DNA of 64,000 nt, from assembly GCA_963817955.1 (NCBI GenBank), contig CAWFQK010000008.1, forward strand, positions 28,209 to 92,208. The letters run 5' to 3'. This DNA is from an uncultured Gemmatimonadaceae bacterium (lineage in GTDB: Bacteria; Gemmatimonadota; Gemmatimonadetes; Gemmatimonadales; Gemmatimonadaceae). The notes below the pieces were generated by a model that was not told the origin of the DNA, did no database searches, and worked only from the letters and a program-made list of their open reading frames with translations. This document shows, piece after piece, positions 59,484 to 64,000 of the stretch (its first letter is position 1; every line of letters begins with the position of its first letter). The position numbers and the translations under genes were made by a program.

Positions 59484-59605
59484 ACAGCCCCCTTGCATCG
59501 CCATTCAGCCCGATCGGGTCTGATTGACCTTCCCGTCGAAACAAAGGCAAAGGCGGTGCCGTGAGAAAGTATCGGTTCGGTGCCGGCTGACTTTAATTTC
59601 TCAAC

Positions 59606-60466
59606 ATGGACTCGCACACCGACCGTGATGCTCGTGATGCTGCTGCCGCGCCTGAGGCGCTCCGTGCATATCCTCCGGAGACCCTCGAGGGGTGGTACTC
59701 CCTCCACCAGATCTTCTCCGTAGACCATGCCGCGTTGCGGAAAGTGCGCAGCACCGGCGCGGCTCCCATGACACAACTGCTCGTCGCGCCGAACGGCGGA
59801 TGGTCGTCGGTGGTCCATCTGATCGGGTCAAAGGGCGATGTCATGGTGATCCACTTTCGTCCCACGCTCGACGAGATAGGCGATGCCCAACGTGCATTTG
59901 CCCGGCATCCGCTCGCCGGCGCGCTCCGTCCCGAGTACTCATTTCTCAGCGTCACGGAGGCGGGCCTCTATCGTCTCACCGCGCAACTCGCAAAGGCCGC
60001 GAAGACCCGTGGCGGAGCGGTGGGAGACGAGACGTACGTGGCCGACCTCGCGGCGCGCGTTGCCGCCGAGCGAGAGAACGCCCACGTTCGCGGGCGACTG
60101 TATCCCAGCGTGCCGGGCGACATGCCGTATGTGTGCTTCTATCCCATGTCGAAGCGCCGCGACCACGGGCAGAACTGGTACACCCTGAGCCTGGAGGAGC
60201 GCAGTCGGCTGATGTGGGAGCACGGCCTCACCGGTCGCCGTTACGCCGGGCGCGTGCTCCAGATCATTGCCGGCGCCATTGGATTCGACGCCTGGGAATG
60301 GGGGGTGACCCTATTTGCAAGAGATCCAATGGAATTCAAGAAGATCGTGACCGAGATGCGCTTTGACGAAGTGAGTGCCCGGTACTCGGAGTTCGGCGAT
60401 TTCTATGTGGGCAAGCTTCTGCTTGCCGATGAGGTTGATACACTGGGCGAAACACTTTCCCGATAG
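59606..60466 (+). CDS. hemQ: Coproheme decarboxylase / chlorite dismutase-like heme protein
   Basis: ETLEGWY.LH, CFYPMSKRR...NWY.L..EER..LM.EHG..GRRY, G.D.WEWGVTLF, MRFDEVSARY.EFG.FYVG. Confidence 0.85.
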   Translation: MDSHTDRDARDAAAAPEALRAYPPETLEGWYSLHQIFSVDHAALRKVRSTGAAPMTQLLVAPNGGWSSVVHLIGSKGDVMVIHFRPTLDEIGDAQRAFARHPLAGALRPEYSFLSVTEAGLYRLTAQLAKAAKTRGGAVGDETYVADLAARVAAERENAHVRGRLYPSVPGDMPYVCFYPMSKRRDHGQNWYTLSLEERSRLMWEHGLTGRRYAGRVLQIIAGAIGFDAWEWGVTLFARDPMEFKKIVTEMRFDEVSARYSEFGDFYVGKLLLADEVDTLGETLSR

Positions 60467-60508
60467 TCCACGTACGGACCATCGACTCCCCTCACAGGCG
60501 GCGTGGAC

Positions 60509-60919
60509 ATGTGGTCGGTACTCAGCAAATTGGCACTGCGAATTGCGGCGGTGCGCTGGCTGTTCAAGCTCGGCGGCCTCGGCCTGCTGTTGCCGATCGC
60601 ATTCGTATTGAAGCTGGTCGGCATTCCGATGTTGGCCGTGCTCTGCGTGGTGGGGATGCCCATCCTCTTCCTGCTGTTCCTGTTCGGGCTGCCAGTGTTT
60701 CTCGTGCTGCTGGTTGGCGGCATGCTCATCGGGCTGCTTGGCTTTGCGCTGACCATTGGCATCGCCGCGCTCAAGTTCGCCGTGTTGGTCGTATTGCCCG
60801 TGTGGCTCGTGTGGAAGCTCGTGTCCACCGTGTACCGGCGGGCGTGCAAGCGTAACGGTGGAGGGTCGCCGCCGACCGCTGCCGCTCCCGAGCCGCCGAC
60901 CCCGACTGCTGAGAATTGA
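60509..60919 (+). CDS. Very hydrophobic small membrane protein
   Basis: Long uncharged stretch with 11-aa-spaced G(I/M/L)P. Confidence 0.7.
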   Translation: MWSVLSKLALRIAAVRWLFKLGGLGLLLPIAFVLKLVGIPMLAVLCVVGMPILFLLFLFGLPVFLVLLVGGMLIGLLGFALTIGIAALKFAVLVVLPVWLVWKLVSTVYRRACKRNGGGSPPTAAAPEPPTPTAEN

Positions 60920-60921
60920 CC

Positions 60922-61266
60922 ATGTTCTCGCTCCTTCGCGCGCTGTTCTTCGGCGCGCTGGCGCTACTGGCGCTCATCCCGATCGGGATCATGCTGGCGA
61001 TCTTCGGACTGCCGGTGATCGCGGTGTTAGGCGTTCTGGCGCTGCCGTTGCTGATCGTGCTCTTTCTGGTGGGTCTACCGCTGCTCATCGTATTCGCCGT
61101 CGCCATGGCGCTCATCGGGACCACCTTTGGCGTACTGATGGCGTTTCTCTCGGTGGGCGTCATTGCGCTCAAGATCGCCTTCGTCGTGCTGGTGCCGCTG
61201 CTCGTGCTCGGTTGGGTGGCGCGTAGAATGTTTGGTTCCTCCGGGAACACCCGCATGCACGTGTGA
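60922..61266 (+). CDS. Very hydrophobic small membrane protein, probable paralog of the upstream gene
   Basis: GLP/ALP/GLP at 11-aa spacing; shared ALK.A..V..P..L..W/K tail. Confidence 0.7.
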   Translation: MFSLLRALFFGALALLALIPIGIMLAIFGLPVIAVLGVLALPLLIVLFLVGLPLLIVFAVAMALIGTTFGVLMAFLSVGVIALKIAFVVLVPLLVLGWVARRMFGSSGNTRMHV

Positions 61267-61307
61267 GCATGGTGTTCGGGAGTGGTGTGAGCAGGGAAGG
61301 CCGAGGC

Positions 61308-61952
61308 ATGGCGGACATCGCCGAGATCTCGCGAGCATACGACCGCTGGTCTGAGAGCTACGACGGCGATGCCAATGCGACGCGAGATCTCGACGCCGCG
61401 GTGCTGCGGCGTGCGCCGCTCGCGCTGGGCGGCTGTGCCGTGCTGGAGCTCGGCTGCGGCACGGGCAAGAATACGGTGTGGTTGGCCGAGCATGCCGACA
61501 GCGTCGTGTCGCTCGATTGCTCCGCGCGCATGCTTGCCGTGGCGCGCGAGCGCGTAGTTTCGCCCTCCGTCCAGTTCATTCAGCATGACGTCAGGACGAC
61601 GTGGCCGGTAGCCGACGCCAGCATCGACCTGGTGGTGGCCGATCTCGTGCTGGAGCACGTCGAGAACCTGGCACCGGTGTTTGCGGAAATTGCGCGAGTG
61701 CTGCGCGCCGGCGGACAATTCTTTTTGAGCGAGCTCCATCCGTATCGTCAGATACGCGGCGGACAGGCGCACTTCAACGACTCGCTAAGCGGAGAGACCG
61801 TGTACGTCACGGCCTTTGTTCACAGCGTGAGCGATTTTGTGAATGGCGGCCTTGCGGCGGAGCTAATACTCGAGCAGCTCGGCGAGTGGCACGACGACGG
61901 CGCCAAAGACGGAGCGCCGCGACTGCTGTCGGTGCTCTTTAGAAAACGCTGA
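61308..61952 (+). CDS. Class I SAM-dependent methyltransferase
   Basis: YD.W...YD, LELGCGTG, D.S..ML, LVLEH, ELHP. Confidence 0.9.
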   Translation: MADIAEISRAYDRWSESYDGDANATRDLDAAVLRRAPLALGGCAVLELGCGTGKNTVWLAEHADSVVSLDCSARMLAVARERVVSPSVQFIQHDVRTTWPVADASIDLVVADLVLEHVENLAPVFAEIARVLRAGGQFFLSELHPYRQIRGGQAHFNDSLSGETVYVTAFVHSVSDFVNGGLAAELILEQLGEWHDDGAKDGAPRLLSVLFRKR

Positions 61953-62415
61953 GTGCCCCGGGGGCGAGCACGACGAGCTGCCCGTTCATCATGGGCATGT
62001 GCGACGCCACGGCGCACATGAACGTGTAGATCCCGGCGTGGCGTGCGACATAGTGCGCATGCGTGACAGCCTGCGGCTTGAGCGCCACCGCGAGATCCGG
62101 CAGCACGAACGAGTGGTCGTCGTCCTCCGGATTGATGAAGGTGAAGTCGATCGTGTCGCCTTGGACAACGGTGATCGTGCTCGGCGAGAAGCCATACACC
62201 TCTTTGCCCTGGAGCACCCCGCCCGGCGCGAAATCCGATGCGAGGAAGGGAAGGACCGTTTGCTGTTCTTTCACGAGCAACGGAACGGTGGTGATCGTAA
62301 CGGCGCGGGTGCGCGGCGTGTACGAGGTGCTGACGGGCGACGGGGCGCGTTGGCAGGCTAGGGCGAGGGCGGTCGTCGTCGTGGCGAGGAGGAGGAGGAG
62401 CATGGAACGAGGCAT
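61939..62415 (-). CDS. Cupredoxin-domain lipoprotein
   Basis: LALAC lipobox; F.P..I.V..GD.I.F...N....HSF...G.Y.F.C....H..MM.G.L.V type-1 Cu ligands. Confidence 0.85.
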   Translation of the reverse strand: MPRSMLLLLLATTTTALALACQRAPSPVSTSYTPRTRAVTITTVPLLVKEQQTVLPFLASDFAPGGVLQGKEVYGFSPSTITVVQGDTIDFTFINPEDDDHSFVLPDLAVALKPQAVTHAHYVARHAGIYTFMCAVASHMPMMNGQLVVLAPGALSVF

Positions 62416-62506
62416 GGCCAGATAGAGAGTCGAAGAAGCGGGGTAGAGGTTTGCCGCCGAGGGAGCAAGGTCCCCGGCGTTCAGCGCCGACCTGGCGAAG
62501 GACTTC

Positions 62507-63349
62507 CTATCGCCTAGCGACGGCGCGGCGAAGCGGTGGGGGCTCGGACGTTGACTGTAGGAACTGTGCCGCCACCGGGCTGATACCCCACCGCTTGCCA
62601 TCTCGACGCTCAACGAGGCCGCGGCCGCCGAGGCGTGCTACGGCAGCATGCACCGACGCATAGGAGGCACCGGTCAGGCGTGCAAGCTCCGCGACAGTTC
62701 TGGGCGACTCGGCGACCAGGCCAACCACCTCAGTGTCGAGTCCGGTCCCGAGGATCGCCCGAATCCGGAGTTCGGGGCAATGCTCGAGAATCCACCGAAC
62801 CGGGCGGATCGCATCTGGCTTGAGGATCGCGTCGTTGTGCCAGAAGCCCCACTGTGCGAAGATCGGGAGCGTCTCGGCACGGACGAGCGCGAGGAGGCCC
62901 TGGTAGCGTTCCATGATCGGGAACAGCGGGATACGTCGCGGCAGTGGCCGACAATGTGAGGCCGCCGCCGTCAGGGCGGTCGGTCCGCTCGTGCCTTGGG
63001 CAGCCATCGTTAGCATCGCCCCGGCCACGGCCGAACTCACGTCGTCGAGCGTGTCCAGCCTACGGCCCAATCGGCGCGCGTCCACCAGGTTGTGGTGCAG
63101 CGCGAGCCAGCTCGCTGCCATTACAAATAGCCGCTCGTCGGCCGGGGCGACAGTTGCGGTGTCGGCAATGAGCTGCTCGAGGTCGATAGGGGCTGCGGCG
63201 GGCGTCGTGTTGAAGAGCGCCCCGACACGCGCCCAGGCACGCATCAATCGCAGCCGCGTCCCTGTCGGCGCGCCCGGCTCACGTGCCGAATCACTGGGGA
63301 CCGGGACCGCGTTCTGCGCAGCGGAAGGGGGGTTCGTGTGCACCCGCAT
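62507..63349 (-). CDS. Hypothetical protein with a C-terminal winged HTH
   Basis: TVAELARLTGASYASVHAAV..L..RGLV; starts 1 nt after the nucleotidyltransferase stop. Confidence 0.7.
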   Translation of the reverse strand: MRVHTNPPSAAQNAVPVPSDSAREPGAPTGTRLRLMRAWARVGALFNTTPAAAPIDLEQLIADTATVAPADERLFVMAASWLALHHNLVDARRLGRRLDTLDDVSSAVAGAMLTMAAQGTSGPTALTAAASHCRPLPRRIPLFPIMERYQGLLALVRAETLPIFAQWGFWHNDAILKPDAIRPVRWILEHCPELRIRAILGTGLDTEVVGLVAESPRTVAELARLTGASYASVHAAVARLGGRGLVERRDGKRWGISPVAAQFLQSTSEPPPLRRAVARR

Positions 63350-63350
63350 C

Positions 63351-63766
63351 TCAAGTCCTTCCCCGTCTTTTGGACTTACGCTGGATCGGCGATCGAGGTG
63401 CGGTCGTGTCGGGAGCTGCGGTCGGGGAATGCTCGTGCTCCTGCGCTCCCTGTTCCAGATAGAGGCGGATGCGTAACGCGCGAGGTGAGTCGAAGGCGGC
63501 GATGCGGCCCATCTGCGAGCGCACGAAGGCGATCTCGCTCGCTGTCGGCGCGAGCGCCTCCAAGTCCTCGATGTCGCGCGGCCGGCCCGCCGCGAGCTTC
63601 ATGAGGATGAGGTCTGGCCGTCCGACATGCTCTACGGTGAGATTACCGAAGGTGCCCACCCGCGCGAGACGCGTGTTAAAATCGGACCGGCCACGATTAT
63701 GTGTGTTGGCTCTGGTAGCCGTTCTCCGAGTGCGCGAAAGGCGTGCAGGAAGTCGTGGCGACGCAT
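63351..63766 (-). pseudogene. Nucleotidyltransferase (DUF6036/AbiEii-like) with an internal deletion and frameshift near 63685
   Basis: N-terminus MRRHDFLHAFRALGERLPEPTHIIVAG from ATG 63766 joins, out of frame, DFNTRL...DLILMKLAAGRPRDIEDL; the GG.A...T.DID core is absent. Confidence 0.7.
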
Positions 63767-63771
63767 TCGGG

Positions 63772-63800
63772 ACTATATCGTTTTTCCGATGAAACCACAA
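63772..63800 (-). promoter_or_regulatory. Sigma70-like promoter, probably giving a leaderless mRNA
   Basis: TTGTGG-17 nt-TATAGT, then 5 nt to ATG 63766. Confidence 0.5.
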
Positions 63801-63861
63801 GCATTGCACAGGCGGGTCGCCGGCCTCCGGATCGAACAGCTGAAGTCGATTCGGGAACTTG

Positions 63862-63890
63862 TTGTATCCGTGGGGGCGGGCCGCTATACT
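63862..63890 (+). promoter_or_regulatory. Sigma70 promoter of the tRNA
   Basis: TTGTAT-17 nt-TATACT. Confidence 0.65.
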
Positions 63891-63926
63891 CTTGGGTCTG
63901 TCCGCCTGGCGGTATCAGGGCGGTGA

Positions 63927-64000
63927 CGGGACGTAGCGCAGTCCGGTAGCGCACCTGAATGGGGTTCAGGGGGTCGCGGGTTCGAATCCCGCCGTCCCGA
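63927..64000 (+). tRNA. tRNA-Pro (GGG)
   Basis: Cloverleaf: acceptor CGGGACG/CGTCCCG, D-stem GCGC, anticodon CCTGA-ATGGGGT-TCAGG, T-arm GCGGG-TTCGAAT-CCCGC. Confidence 0.97.

Noticed and set aside
63800..64000. Integrative element at tRNA-Pro
   Set aside because: No integrase or duplicated tRNA 3' end seen in the window; the tRNA's downstream side is outside it

Overview
GC-rich bacterial DNA, probably Gemmatimonadota (inferred from gene content and small-protein families, not proven). About 1-47.2 kb is a large Wzx/Wzy-type exopolysaccharide (EPS) locus: nucleotide-sugar enzymes, GT2/GT4s, O-antigen ligase/polymerase, flippase, priming transferase, Wza/Wzc, three deacetylases, MBOAT+SGNH acylation pair, and genes typical of exosortase-A/PEP-CTERM loci. 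It carries its own regulators (hybrid kinase-LuxR fusion, sigma54 activator, kinase, degenerate REC-GGDEF) and, at its left edge, lasso-peptide-type RRE, B2 protease and cyclase genes. Wedged between two convergent EPS operons (10.4-12.7 kb) is an unexplained module: a frameshifted, probably helical hypothetical gene next to about 1.1 kb of degenerate but phase-locked 21-bp repeats. From 47.2 to 64 kb the content is mostly housekeeping and signalling (two kinases, rhomboid, prfC, aminotransferase, PAP2, chdC/hemQ), then an internally deleted nucleotidyltransferase with an HTH partner, and tRNA-Pro(GGG). Several REP-like repeat families lie between genes. All calls come from reading motifs by eye; no searches were run.
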